Positions 27,748 through 37,942 of a stretch of 64,000 nt of DNA are shown in pieces. Position 1 is the first letter of the stretch. Each line of letters opens with the position of its first letter. The position numbers were made by a program, and so were the translations under genes. The notes under the pieces are model-generated. The model made no database searches. It saw only the letters and a program-made list of their open reading frames with translations, and was not told the DNA's origin. The stretch is from assembly GCA_031409275.1 (NCBI GenBank), contig JANNXA010000022.1, positions 224,001 to 288,000 of the forward strand, written 5' to 3'. Origin of the DNA: Planctomycetota bacterium (GTDB lineage: Bacteria; Planctomycetota; B15-G4; SIAN01).

Positions 27748-28692
27748 CTACTGCTTGGGTGCGGCGCCGAGCGGAATGACGATCTCGGCGCGCCGCGATC
27801 CGACGCGAGCGACGAGGCGCAGCTCTTTGCCCTTCTCGAACTTCACCTCGTCGAGGAGGAAGTGGTCAGACTTCTCCTGGACTTCAGTCCAGGTGACGCT
27901 GCCCTTCTTGTCCCACATCGCGACGTGAGCGGCGAGCGGCGAGAAGGCGTCGGCGCTCGGCGTGTCATGGGCAACGTAGAGCGCCTCGGATTCGCCGAGC
28001 AGAACATTGAAGACCTTCGGTGCGTCCTTCGGCGCCGAAGCGAGCGTCACGGTCGCGACCGGCGACTTCGTGGTGCCGGAGAGGCGCTTCGCGAGCCACT
28101 CCGCCGGCAGCTTGAATCCGTCGACTGTCGCGCCGCCGGCCTTCTTGGTGAGCGATCCGACGACGGTGAACGGCACCGCCACGCGCGGTGCGCCGAAGGT
28201 GACGGTGAAGAGCAGCGGGCGCAGCTCCTTGTCCGTGGCTTCCCCATCGGGTGCGAGCGTCGTCTCGAGCTTGCTCGACGGTTGCTTCGCGTCGCTCAAC
28301 GTGCTCGGGAGGTTCGTGTTGGCGGAGATCGAGACGAGGCGACCCGCCCCTTCGACCAGGAGCTCGAACTTCTGCTCCTGCGGGCGCATCAGCTGGATTC
28401 GATAGCCGCCCGGCGGAATCACGAGATCCCCGACCAGCAGCGGGGCCCCGGTGATCAACGAGCTGGCCGGTCCGGCGCCGAGGCGCCACGGCTGGCCGAT
28501 CTCGAGGTCCTTCAGCGTGTACTTGCCGACGCGCGGGACGCCGCAGTCGAGACGCACTTCCTGGCCTTGCCAGCTGAACTTCGTCTCGGCGCGCTGGCCG
28601 GACGCGAGCGGCACGAGCGTGGCGACGGCCCATGCCGCGAGCACCGTGCGCGCACCAGCGGACAGGAGTCGTCGGCAATCGGCGAGCTTCAA
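27748..28692 (-). CDS. Secreted hypothetical protein, DUF2911-like N-terminal domain
   Basis: CGVPRVG...QPWRLGAGPASSL...VGDLVIPPGGYRI resembles DUF2911; signal-like segment; start uncertain. Confidence 0.6.
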   Translation of the reverse strand: MKLADCRRLLSAGARTVLAAWAVATLVPLASGQRAETKFSWQGQEVRLDCGVPRVGKYTLKDLEIGQPWRLGAGPASSLITGAPLLVGDLVIPPGGYRIQLMRPQEQKFELLVEGAGRLVSISANTNLPSTLSDAKQPSSKLETTLAPDGEATDKELRPLLFTVTFGAPRVAVPFTVVGSLTKKAGGATVDGFKLPAEWLAKRLSGTTKSPVATVTLASAPKDAPKVFNVLLGESEALYVAHDTPSADAFSPLAAHVAMWDKKGSVTWTEVQEKSDHFLLDEVKFEKGKELRLVARVGSRRAEIVIPLGAAPKQ

Positions 28693-28830
28693 GAGCGTCT
28701 CCAGCGTTCGAGAAGGGCGGGGACGCTGGCGTACGCCCCAAGCGCGCACCCCAGGCCCGGTCGGAGCGCGTCCTCGAACAGGCGCGTTGTACGACCGGAC
28801 CGAGGTGGCGTTCCGCATCGCGCGTCCGCC

Positions 28831-30174
28831 TCAGTGGCGAAGCGCGATCGCGTTCAGTTGGGTCTGGTAGTGCGAGAGCCCGTTCGCGAAGAGCACGCGC
28901 GCAATTCCATCGGGCCCGGCCGCCACTGGGATCGGGTCGTTCCAGAGCCCGCTCCTGGCCAGAGTCTGCGCCGGGCTCCACCACTTGCCGCCGGCGCCGA
29001 ACAACTTCCCGTAGGTTGCCGCCCGTACGCCGAGCGTGACGTTGTCCTCCCAGGTCACCACGATCACCGAGCCGTCGCCGCTCGCGGCGACCTGCGGCGG
29101 CCCGACATCTTCGATCGCGAAGAAGCGCGTGTCGGAGAGCTGACGCGGCGAAGAGAAGCTGCCCCCAAGTGCCGGACGCGTCGCCACCTTCGTGGCGTGG
29201 GTCGAGAGCGGTGGCGCGAGCAGCGCGCTCCACGCGACGATGAGGTTGCCGGCGTCGTCGGTCGCGAGCGCCGGCGAATCGCTCCACTCCGCTGCGACTG
29301 AGACGAGGGCCGGCGCCGAGAACATGGTCCCACGCCGCGCCTGAGTGGCCGTCATGATCGCGCCGTTCTCGTTCCAAGCGATCGCGCCGCGGCCGAGTTC
29401 ATCGATGACGACCTGCGGATTCCAGACGTTCGTGCCGATCGCCGTCACATGGATCGGGGACGACCAGGAGCCCGCGCCGCTGCGTACCGCTGCGTCGAGC
29501 CGACTCGGGGTGTAGCCCACCGCAGCGGACTGCCAGACCGCGATGGCGACTCCATTCGCGTTCATCGCCAGCTGCGGCAGGAGCGCGTGGTTCGACGCAT
29601 CACTGATGTCTCGTGGCAGCGACCAGCTGCCGCCCAGTGGCCGTTCGACCGCTTGCACGCGCAGGTGCACGCCGTCGGAGTGGAGCCACGTTGCGACCAC
29701 GTTGCCCTGACCGTCGATGGCGACATGCGCCTGGCTCAGCGAAGGGTCGGTCGGCGACAGCGTTTCCGGAGCGCCCCAAACGGCGGCGCCCGGCAGCAAG
29801 GTCGCCGCTTCGATCTCGGTGCGGCCGTAGCGACCCGGAATGATGTCGACCCAGATCGCCACCGCCGTTCCATCGCGACCGACCGCGACGGAGGTGTCGA
29901 GCGCGGTGCTCTTCGGGCCCGACAGTTTGGTCACCGCCGACCAGGGACTGCCGGCACGCTTGATCGCCGCCTGCGGCCCTGCGCTCTGCTGAGACCACGC
30001 CGCGATGGTGCCGCCAAAGCGGTCCATGACGACCGTCGCGTCGAGCTGGATGACGCTGAAGTCGGGCTTTGCGATCGGAACTGGAGCCCCCCAGTTCTGA
30101 GCGGAAGCGGTGCCGCCAAGCGCGACGACCGCCGCGAGCAAGGTCGCGCGACGCAATGACAGCTGCTTCGTCAT
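28831..30174 (-). CDS. Secreted repeat protein, probable beta-propeller
   Basis: Signal peptide (..TASAQ); about 7 repeats of ~50 aa (VAxDxxGxAxAxW...WSxPxxLS); GGAGG RBS. Confidence 0.78.
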   Translation of the reverse strand: MTKQLSLRRATLLAAVVALGGTASAQNWGAPVPIAKPDFSVIQLDATVVMDRFGGTIAAWSQQSAGPQAAIKRAGSPWSAVTKLSGPKSTALDTSVAVGRDGTAVAIWVDIIPGRYGRTEIEAATLLPGAAVWGAPETLSPTDPSLSQAHVAIDGQGNVVATWLHSDGVHLRVQAVERPLGGSWSLPRDISDASNHALLPQLAMNANGVAIAVWQSAAVGYTPSRLDAAVRSGAGSWSSPIHVTAIGTNVWNPQVVIDELGRGAIAWNENGAIMTATQARRGTMFSAPALVSVAAEWSDSPALATDDAGNLIVAWSALLAPPLSTHATKVATRPALGGSFSSPRQLSDTRFFAIEDVGPPQVAASGDGSVIVVTWEDNVTLGVRAATYGKLFGAGGKWWSPAQTLARSGLWNDPIPVAAGPDGIARVLFANGLSHYQTQLNAIALRH

Positions 30175-30481
30175 GGCTTCCTCCCACCCCGTCGCTGCGT
30201 CGGCGGCATGCCGATCGACTCCACGCGGGACGAGGGATGGGCTGCAACCGCGATGCCAGAGCAAGCGTTGCACGACGCACTGGCGAGCCGCATCGATGGC
30301 GTCAGCAGACGATGCAATCGCTGCGAGCGCGTCGACCATTTCTGCGCGCGATGGGCATCCCTTCGCATCGCGCGGGCGGCCTCGCCCGCCGCGACGAGGA
30401 AAGGGTGGATCATGAACGAGGGCGGCTAGCCTCCGCTCCGAGCCAGTCGACTCGAATCAGCGCGCGGGAAGGATCTGGAAC

Positions 30482-33460
30482 ATGGCGAGTGCAACCGTTC
30501 ACGTCGTCGAGAGCGCCGCGATGCGGGTCGAGTTTCGTCGCGACGCCGCCGGTCGGCTCGTGCTGCACTCCATCGAGAATCGCGTCGATGGCAGTGTGCT
30601 GAGCTTTCCGCCTGGCCCGCTCTTTCGAGTGATCGTGCGGGCGAGTAGTCCGATCGACTCCTTCACGCCGCTCGACAGCGATGGAGCCACCGGAAGCACG
30701 GTGCCGCAGATCGAGCACGCGGACGGTCCCGCTCCATTCGGCGCGCGCTTCGAGCAACCGCCGCTCGGCGGCCGCAACTTCCTTCGCGCCGACTTCACCT
30801 TCGATTCGATCGGCGGCCGCGAAGACGACTTGAAGATCGTCTTCACCGCTTCGCTGCTCGATGCGCTGCCCGATCGGCTCCTTTGCGCCTGCTACTTCGA
30901 CACCTCGTACGGCCGCGGCATGACCACGAGCGCGCTCTTCTGGTGCGCGCCGATCCTGCTTCGAATGCGACCGTTCGCGCGCGACCACTACCTGATCGCG
31001 ATGAATGGCGGCCTCGTCACTCGCAATCCGCAGGTCGACCTCGTCGGCGACGGCGACGGCTACCGCTTCAACACCGGGCGACCCGTCGGCATCACGGCCC
31101 AGGCACATGACCTTTATCCCGCGGTCGGCTTCGAGCCCGAAACGGCACCGGCCCAGTTCACCGATCGGATGGAGGTCCTCTATCCGACATGGGCATCGAC
31201 GGCGCTCGCCGCCTACGGAAGTCGCGGCGCCGACGGCACGACGCTCTACCTGCACGACAGCCTCCACTTCGCGCCGCGGCGACTCCGCGACACCTTCGCC
31301 GGCGGCCAGCTGCTGCTCGAGCACGAGGCGCTGATCGAGAACGGCATCGCCGCCGGCAACGGTTGGGGAGCGGCGTCGGGCGCCGATTGCCGCCGCGCCG
31401 AGACCTACGTCCGGCTCTTTCGCCGCATCGGGGACGTGCTCGGCGAAGCGGTCGGGCTCGACTACCAGCGCTTCACGCAATCTTCGCCGGAAGGGCGCCT
31501 CATCACTCCGCCGCGACTGATCGATCGCCCCGACCACTCGGCTGGATTGCGCCGTTCACCGCTCTTTCGCACCTACTTCAAGAGCGATGACGAAGACGAG
31601 ACGGGACTCACCGAAGCGATCGCCGAGGAGTTCCGGGAGGCGTTCCCGGCGCTGCGGAACGAGCCGCTCTACCGCGTGAACTACGACCTGCTCTACAGCT
31701 ACAACAACGACGAGAGCGGAACGCATGGCGGAGCGATCGGCAACTCCGTGCCCGACCTGTTCGACCTCGCGGCCGATCCGGGGAAGGTCGCCTACGCGCA
31801 GGAGCTGCGCGACGAGTACGGCCTGCACACGTTCGGTGCGATCGTCGTGCGCCGACCGACACCGTACGACGGCCACGGTTTCTGGGATTCGGAGGCGATG
31901 GATGCAGCGCGCGTCCGCAATCACCTCGAAGCGCTCGATCCGGACTACCGCTCCACCGATGAGTGGCTGAAGGTGGCCGGCGAAGTGACCGCGGTCGCCG
32001 TCGACGGCAGCTTCACCGCGATCACGCTGTCGACCGAAGCGCTCGACCCGTCGCTCTGGGACAACTTCACGACCTACGAGCGCGAGACGGCCGGCATCGA
32101 CCACGCCGACCACTCCGAGCACCTCGGTTGGCTGCGCCGTCGCGATGGCGGCTACGCCTTCACCATCGAGCGGCAGGGCCAGGCGGACTTCACCGCATCG
32201 CCGCCGATCCTCCGGATCGCCGGCGATCAGAGCGGCTCCATCGTGGCGGGCGACGTCGTCGACGTGCACTTCGTCGAGCCGCAGTACGTCCCCGGATACG
32301 ACGCCGGCGCGAGCGGTCGACTCGGCGACAACGCCCCCACCAGCCTGTGCGCGATGGCCGACGACGTCGGCGCCGGAACGGGCGCCGACCGCGGCTGGGG
32401 AGTGCGCTACGTCCGCGAGTTCGTCGCGAAGTGCCGGCCGTGGTTGACCGGGGTGCTGCATGTGCTGCCGCGGCTGCAGCAGGTCTGCTTCGGCCATCAC
32501 GGCGGTGAGATCCCGGGCAGCAATCAGCAGCTGCTGGGATGGCGACGGATCCTCGCGCACCTGCGAGCGTCCGTTCCGCCGCCGTTTGAGTTGTGGGAAG
32601 AGGATGGGCCGTACGACTGGCTGCTCGGCCTCGTCGATGGCCACACGCGTCCCAACATCCGGCTCGATCTGACGACGAGCGCCGGATCGTGGGGTGCGTC
32701 GCCCTTCTTCCAGACCGCGTGGGGACCGTGGTATCGCTTCGGCGGCTATCTCGCCAACCGCGAGGGCCATTTCACCAACTACGGCGGCGGCGACTTCTAC
32801 TCCGCCTACTTCGAAGGGACCGCGTCGAAGAACTTCCGCGAGGCTCTGGTCGGCGACTTCATGTTGGGGCGACTGCCGTCGGTCGGCGTCTCCCCTGATC
32901 CAGCGCACGTGATGGGAACGCGCCGGAATGGCGAACCGGCCTACACGCCGTTCTTCCATGCGACTCATGGAATGGACGTGCCGGGATCGCTGGCGGGGCT
33001 GTGCGCGCGTCTCGTCCAGTTCCAGCTCGCGTTTCGCAACGTGAACGTCTTCGGCCAACGTTGCCGTTCGCTGCAACGTCTCGGCACGACGACCGTCGCC
33101 ACCAACCCGCTCTCCATCGAGCCGAGTCACGACGACTTCCACAACCTCGGAGTCGACGAACTCGGCGCGCGCCGCGCCCCGCTATTCCACTCGGTCACCC
33201 AGGATCCCGAACAGCCCCGACGTTGGATCGCGCTCTTCGTCAACGAGTCGCGCAGCCGACGATCGTCGCGCTACCGCTTCGATCCGGCGCTCTACGCCGA
33301 GCCCGCCGCGCTTGGCAACGGCCGCTACGCCGTGACGCGTTTCGAAGTTGCGCCTGGCGGCGTCGCGTCGCTCTCGAAGTCGGTCGCGAGCGGCATCACG
33401 GAGCTCATGGTCGCGCTCGAAGCAGCGGAAGTGGCCGTCATCACCTTCGAGCTCGACTGA
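30482..33460 (+). CDS. Large hypothetical protein, distantly DUF6259-like (possible glycoside-hydrolase barrel)
   Basis: 992-aa ORF with good codon bias; YPTWASTALAAY..LYLHD and VCFGHHGGEIPG..GWRRIL..LWEE..D segments recall DUF6259. Confidence 0.6.
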   Translation: MASATVHVVESAAMRVEFRRDAAGRLVLHSIENRVDGSVLSFPPGPLFRVIVRASSPIDSFTPLDSDGATGSTVPQIEHADGPAPFGARFEQPPLGGRNFLRADFTFDSIGGREDDLKIVFTASLLDALPDRLLCACYFDTSYGRGMTTSALFWCAPILLRMRPFARDHYLIAMNGGLVTRNPQVDLVGDGDGYRFNTGRPVGITAQAHDLYPAVGFEPETAPAQFTDRMEVLYPTWASTALAAYGSRGADGTTLYLHDSLHFAPRRLRDTFAGGQLLLEHEALIENGIAAGNGWGAASGADCRRAETYVRLFRRIGDVLGEAVGLDYQRFTQSSPEGRLITPPRLIDRPDHSAGLRRSPLFRTYFKSDDEDETGLTEAIAEEFREAFPALRNEPLYRVNYDLLYSYNNDESGTHGGAIGNSVPDLFDLAADPGKVAYAQELRDEYGLHTFGAIVVRRPTPYDGHGFWDSEAMDAARVRNHLEALDPDYRSTDEWLKVAGEVTAVAVDGSFTAITLSTEALDPSLWDNFTTYERETAGIDHADHSEHLGWLRRRDGGYAFTIERQGQADFTASPPILRIAGDQSGSIVAGDVVDVHFVEPQYVPGYDAGASGRLGDNAPTSLCAMADDVGAGTGADRGWGVRYVREFVAKCRPWLTGVLHVLPRLQQVCFGHHGGEIPGSNQQLLGWRRILAHLRASVPPPFELWEEDGPYDWLLGLVDGHTRPNIRLDLTTSAGSWGASPFFQTAWGPWYRFGGYLANREGHFTNYGGGDFYSAYFEGTASKNFREALVGDFMLGRLPSVGVSPDPAHVMGTRRNGEPAYTPFFHATHGMDVPGSLAGLCARLVQFQLAFRNVNVFGQRCRSLQRLGTTTVATNPLSIEPSHDDFHNLGVDELGARRAPLFHSVTQDPEQPRRWIALFVNESRSRRSSRYRFDPALYAEPAALGNGRYAVTRFEVAPGGVASLSKSVASGITELMVALEAAEVAVITFELD

Positions 33461-33606
33461 ACGCGACGGGGACAGCGTCGTCGCGAGCGCCGCGCGCCGT
33501 GGTCCTTCGCGGCGACTCACGGAATGGGCATCATCCGCGATCCCTTGTCCCCGCGTGGATCGTCTGTCGCTTGGAACGCTCGCCGTTGCGCTCTCGCCGC
33601 TGGTGG

Positions 33607-34785
33607 ATGGTGCTGCCGTTGCTGCCGCTGTGGGGCAGCCTGGTCGCCTGCCAGCGCACGCCCACTGCCAACGCGCAGGCGCCGGCTCCATTGGAGCGCG
33701 ACGTGCGCGTCGCGGTCGCCGTCGACGAGTCGTGGCCGACGCTCCTGCGCATCGCCGGCGACCTGCATGCGGATGAGGACGCGCTGCTGGCCAGCAAGGT
33801 CGCGGGTCGAGTGGCGAGCGTCGCCGTGGACCTGGGCACGCGGGTCGAGGCGGGCGCGCCGCTGCTGCAGCTTGATCCGCGCGACTTCGAACTGCGCTGC
33901 GCGCAGGCGGTCGCCGCGCTCGAGGCCGCGTGCGCGCGGGTCGGTCTGCCGCCGGGTGGCGTCGATTCGGAGTGGTCACCGGCCGCGGTCCCGCTCGTTC
34001 GCCAGGCTCAGATCGAGTTGGACGAAGCGGAGCGCGAGCTCGCGCGTCTCGCCAGCCTGTCCGGGGACGGGATCGCGTCGCTCTCAGCGCTCGACGTCGC
34101 GCGCTCGCGCGTCGATTCGGCGCAGAGCGCCTTGGGTGAGGCGTTGCACGAGGTGGCCAGCCGCCGCGCCCTGGTGGTGCAGCGCACGGCCGAACTCGAC
34201 CTCGCGCGCCAGCAGCTCGCCGACACGACGTTGCGCGCCCCCTTCGCGGGCACGATCGCCGCGCGGCTGGTCGATCGCGGCGAAGCGGTCGCCGTCGGCT
34301 CGGCCGTCGCCCGTCTGGTGCGTCTCGATCCGATCCGGCTTCGGCTCGCGGTGCCAGCGAGTGCGGCCGGACGATTGCGGATCGGTCTTCCGGTTCAATT
34401 CGAGGGGCCGCCCGAACGCCCGCCGATCGCGGCGACGCTTTGCCGCGTCGCTCCCGATCTTGATCCGCGCAGCCGCACGATGACCGTCGAAGCCGATGTC
34501 GAGAATCGCGACGGCGGGTTGCGGCCAGGCGATTTCGTCGATGCGGTGATCGTGCTCGATGCCGAAGCGCGCGCGCTGGTGGTTCCGCTCGCGGCGCTGG
34601 TGCGCTTCGCGGGGGTCGACCGCGTGGTGCTGGCGCGCGCCGGCAAGGCGGTGGAGCAGCTCGTCACCGTCGGCCGCATCGATGGCGAGCGCGCCGAACT
34701 CCTGGCCGGCATCGCCGCCGGCGAAGCGGTCATCCTTGCGCCCGGCACGCTGCACACGGGCGACCCGTTGCGCGTCGTCGAATAG
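33607..34785 (+). CDS. RND efflux periplasmic adaptor (membrane fusion protein)
   Basis: SKVAGRV..V.VDLG..V.AG..LLQLD, LRAPFAGTI, N.DG.LRPGDFV; lipobox LVAC; start approximate. Confidence 0.9.
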   Translation: MVLPLLPLWGSLVACQRTPTANAQAPAPLERDVRVAVAVDESWPTLLRIAGDLHADEDALLASKVAGRVASVAVDLGTRVEAGAPLLQLDPRDFELRCAQAVAALEAACARVGLPPGGVDSEWSPAAVPLVRQAQIELDEAERELARLASLSGDGIASLSALDVARSRVDSAQSALGEALHEVASRRALVVQRTAELDLARQQLADTTLRAPFAGTIAARLVDRGEAVAVGSAVARLVRLDPIRLRLAVPASAAGRLRIGLPVQFEGPPERPPIAATLCRVAPDLDPRSRTMTVEADVENRDGGLRPGDFVDAVIVLDAEARALVVPLAALVRFAGVDRVVLARAGKAVEQLVTVGRIDGERAELLAGIAAGEAVILAPGTLHTGDPLRVVE

Positions 34786-34795
34786 CCACGCTCCC

Positions 34796-37700
34796 ATGCG
34801 CCGCGTGGTCGACCTCTTCATCCGCCGTCCCGTCTTCGCCTCGATGTCGATCGCGGCCTTCGTCGTGGTCGGACTCGTCGGCCTCAAGCGGTTGCGGGTC
34901 GATCGATTCCCGTCGGTCGACGTGCCCAACGTCATGGTGCGCACGCTGCTTCCGGGCGGCTCGACGGAGGAGATCGAGAACCTCGTCAGCCGTCCGCTCG
35001 AGGAGGCGATCAACACGATCGAGGGGATCGATCAGCTGCGCTCGATCACCTCGAGCGGCACCTCGCTGGTCATGGTGACGTTCGACCTCGAGCGCGACCT
35101 CGAGGCGGCCGCGCAGGACGTGCGCGATCGCGTGGCGGGCGCGCTGAAGCTGCTGCCGCCCGAGGCCGAGGCGCCGATCATCACCAAGTCGGACAACGAT
35201 CAGACGCCCGTGCTGACGCTGGCGCTCGCCTCGACGCGACCGCTGCGCGAACTCTCCGAGATCGCCGACAAGGTCCTCAAGCCCGAGCTCGAACGGTCGA
35301 CTGGCGTCGGCTCGGTGACGGTCGTCGGGGCGGCGCCGCGCGCGATCAACGTCTGGATCGACGCCGCGAAGCTGCGCGCCCACGGCCTTCCGATCGCGGC
35401 GGTGCGGGAGGCCCTCGCGCGCGAGAACGCGGAGCTGCCCGGCGGGAACGTCACCGATCGCACGCGCGAAACGGTGCTTCGCACCATGGGCAAGCTCGCG
35501 CATCCGACGGACTTCGAGGAGCTCGTCGTGGCGACGGTCGGTGGCGCGCCGGTGCGCGTCAGCGACCTCGGCCGGGTCGAGGATGGCACCAAGGAGGTGC
35601 GCTCGTTTGCGCGCCTCGATGGCGCGCCGTGCGTCTCGATCGAGGTGCGCCGACAGTCGGGCGCGAACACGGTGGCGGTGATCGACGCGCTGAAGGAGCG
35701 GCTCGCGCGGATCACCGCGGAGCTGCCGCCCGATGTGCGCGTTGAGGTGATCCGCGATCAGTCGCGCTACATCCACGCGGCGCTCGGCGAGATCGAGCTC
35801 CACCTCGTGCTCGGCAGCCTGCTGGCCAGCGCCGTCGTGCTCTGGTTCATGCGATCGTGGCGGTCGACGCTGATCGCCGCCATCGCCATCCCCTGCTCCA
35901 CCATCGCGAGCTTCGCCGTGATGGACGCGCTGGGCTTCACGCTCAACAGCGTCACCATGCTGGCGCTCGTGCTGATGGTCGGGATCGTCATCGACGACGC
36001 CATCGTCGTGCTCGAGAACATCTTCCGATTCATCGAGGAGAAGGGGTTCTCGCCGTTCGAGGCGGCGCGCGAAGGGACCGCGGAGATCGCGCTGGCGGTG
36101 ATGGCGACCACGCTGTCGCTGGCGGTGATCTTCGTGCCGGTCTCGTTCATGTCGAGCATCTCGGGACGGTTCCTCTACCAGTTCGGCATCACCGCGGCGG
36201 CCGCCGTGCTGGTCAGCCTGATCGTCTCGTTCACGTTGACGCCGACCATGAGCGCGCGCCTGCTGCGCCCGCACGTCGGCGCCGCGAGGACCCGCGGCGG
36301 CTTCTATGCACGCCTCGAGGGTGGTTACCTCGCGCTGCTGAAGGCGGCGATGCGACGGCGCTGGATCGTGGCGCTGCTGGCGGTCGCCGTCATCGCCTCG
36401 AGCGTCCCGCTCTACGCGCGCCTCAAGCAGGAGTACACGCCGGCCGACGTCGACGAGGCGGAGTTCGAGATCAACGTGAACGGGCCCGAGGCGGCGAGCC
36501 TCGCGGCGATGGACGTGGCGATGCAGCAGGTCGAGCAGACGGTCGCCGCGACGCCGGGCGTCCGCACGGTGCTGTCGACGGTCGGCGGCAGCTTCTTGTC
36601 GCAGGTGAACCGCGCCGACCTGTACGTCCGCATCGCGCCCCACTCCGAGCGGATCTTCAGTCTCGGCCGCCTCGTGCGCGGGCTGGTCAGCGGCGATCCG
36701 GGCGCCGCGTTCGCCGGCAACTACTCGCAACGCGAGGTGATGGGCGAAGTGCGTCGCCGTCTCGCCGCGTTCCGCGACCTGCGCTGCTCGGTTCGCAATG
36801 CCCCATCGTTCAACATCGGCGGCGGGAACTTCGACATCGACTTCTCCATCGTCGGACCGGAGCTCGAGCCGCTGTCGCGCTATGGCGAGGAGCTCAAGCG
36901 ACGCGCCCGCGAACTCGGCGGAATCGTCGACGCCGACACGACCTTGCGGCTCGACCATCCGGAGCTTCGTGCGGTGATCGACCGCGAGCGGGCCGCCGAC
37001 CTCGGCGTGGACGTCGCGGCGGTGGCGTCGGCCCTGCGCCTCATGGTCGGCGGCGAAGAGCGCGTTTCGCGCTTCCGTGATCGCGCGCTCGGCGAGGACT
37101 ACGACGTGCAGCTGCGCCTCACCCCGCAGGATCGCGACGATGCCGAGCGGATCGGCGAGCTCTTCGTCCCGACTCGCTTCGGCGGCCTGGCGCGGCTCGA
37201 CGGTTTCGTGCGCTTCGAGAAGGCCAACAGCGCCGCGCGCGTCGATCGCCTCGATCGCCAGCGGCAAGTCGCGCTGCGCGCTTCGGTCGGCGAGGGGTAT
37301 GCGCTCGCCGACCGCATCGCCGCGCTGCGCCAGGCGGTGGTCGAGATGAACCTGCCGCCGACCTACTCGACGCGGATCTCGGGACGCGGCCGTGAGCTCG
37401 AACGGACGTTCGGCGAGTTCCTGCGCGCCTTCCTGCTCTCCGTCGTGCTGATGTACCTCATCCTCGCTAGCCAGTTCGAGAGCCTGCTCCACCCGCTCAC
37501 GATCCTGCTCTCGCTGCCGTTGTCGATCCCGTTCGCCTTGTGGTCGCTCGAAGTGAGCGGCAACTCGCTCAACCTCTACTCGGCGCTCGGGATGCTGGTG
37601 CTGTTCGGCGTCGTGAAGAAGAACGCCATCCTGCAGGTCGACCACACCGAGCAGTTGCGTGCGAACGGGATGGCGCGCGCCGATGCGATCGTGCAAGCGA

Positions 37701-37924
37701 ACCGCGATCGCCTGCGGCCGATCTTGATGACGACGTTGGCGCTGGTCGCCGGAATGATCCCGCTGGCGCTCGGCGCCGGTCCCGGAGCCGAGGAGCGCCG
37801 CGCCGTCGCCGTGGTCGTGATCGGCGGGCAGACGCTGTCGCTGTTGCTCACGCTGATCGTGACGCCGGTGGCCTACAGCCTGCTCGATGACCTGCGGCGT
37901 CGGCGCGACCCCGTCGCGAGCTGA
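34796..37924 (+). CDS. RND efflux permease (AcrB/MdtBC family)
   Basis: FIRRPVFA, GIVIDDAIVVLENI, GVVKKNAILQVD, RLRPILMTT. Confidence 0.95.
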   Translation: MRRVVDLFIRRPVFASMSIAAFVVVGLVGLKRLRVDRFPSVDVPNVMVRTLLPGGSTEEIENLVSRPLEEAINTIEGIDQLRSITSSGTSLVMVTFDLERDLEAAAQDVRDRVAGALKLLPPEAEAPIITKSDNDQTPVLTLALASTRPLRELSEIADKVLKPELERSTGVGSVTVVGAAPRAINVWIDAAKLRAHGLPIAAVREALARENAELPGGNVTDRTRETVLRTMGKLAHPTDFEELVVATVGGAPVRVSDLGRVEDGTKEVRSFARLDGAPCVSIEVRRQSGANTVAVIDALKERLARITAELPPDVRVEVIRDQSRYIHAALGEIELHLVLGSLLASAVVLWFMRSWRSTLIAAIAIPCSTIASFAVMDALGFTLNSVTMLALVLMVGIVIDDAIVVLENIFRFIEEKGFSPFEAAREGTAEIALAVMATTLSLAVIFVPVSFMSSISGRFLYQFGITAAAAVLVSLIVSFTLTPTMSARLLRPHVGAARTRGGFYARLEGGYLALLKAAMRRRWIVALLAVAVIASSVPLYARLKQEYTPADVDEAEFEINVNGPEAASLAAMDVAMQQVEQTVAATPGVRTVLSTVGGSFLSQVNRADLYVRIAPHSERIFSLGRLVRGLVSGDPGAAFAGNYSQREVMGEVRRRLAAFRDLRCSVRNAPSFNIGGGNFDIDFSIVGPELEPLSRYGEELKRRARELGGIVDADTTLRLDHPELRAVIDRERAADLGVDVAAVASALRLMVGGEERVSRFRDRALGEDYDVQLRLTPQDRDDAERIGELFVPTRFGGLARLDGFVRFEKANSAARVDRLDRQRQVALRASVGEGYALADRIAALRQAVVEMNLPPTYSTRISGRGRELERTFGEFLRAFLLSVVLMYLILASQFESLLHPLTILLSLPLSIPFALWSLEVSGNSLNLYSALGMLVLFGVVKKNAILQVDHTEQLRANGMARADAIVQANRDRLRPILMTTLALVAGMIPLALGAGPGAEERRAVAVVVIGGQTLSLLLTLIVTPVAYSLLDDLRRRRDPVAS

Positions 37925-37942
37925 GCGCCGGCGCGCGGCCGT

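Noticed and set aside
34730..37696. 988-aa minus-strand ORF
   Set aside because: Antisense shadow of the RND permease
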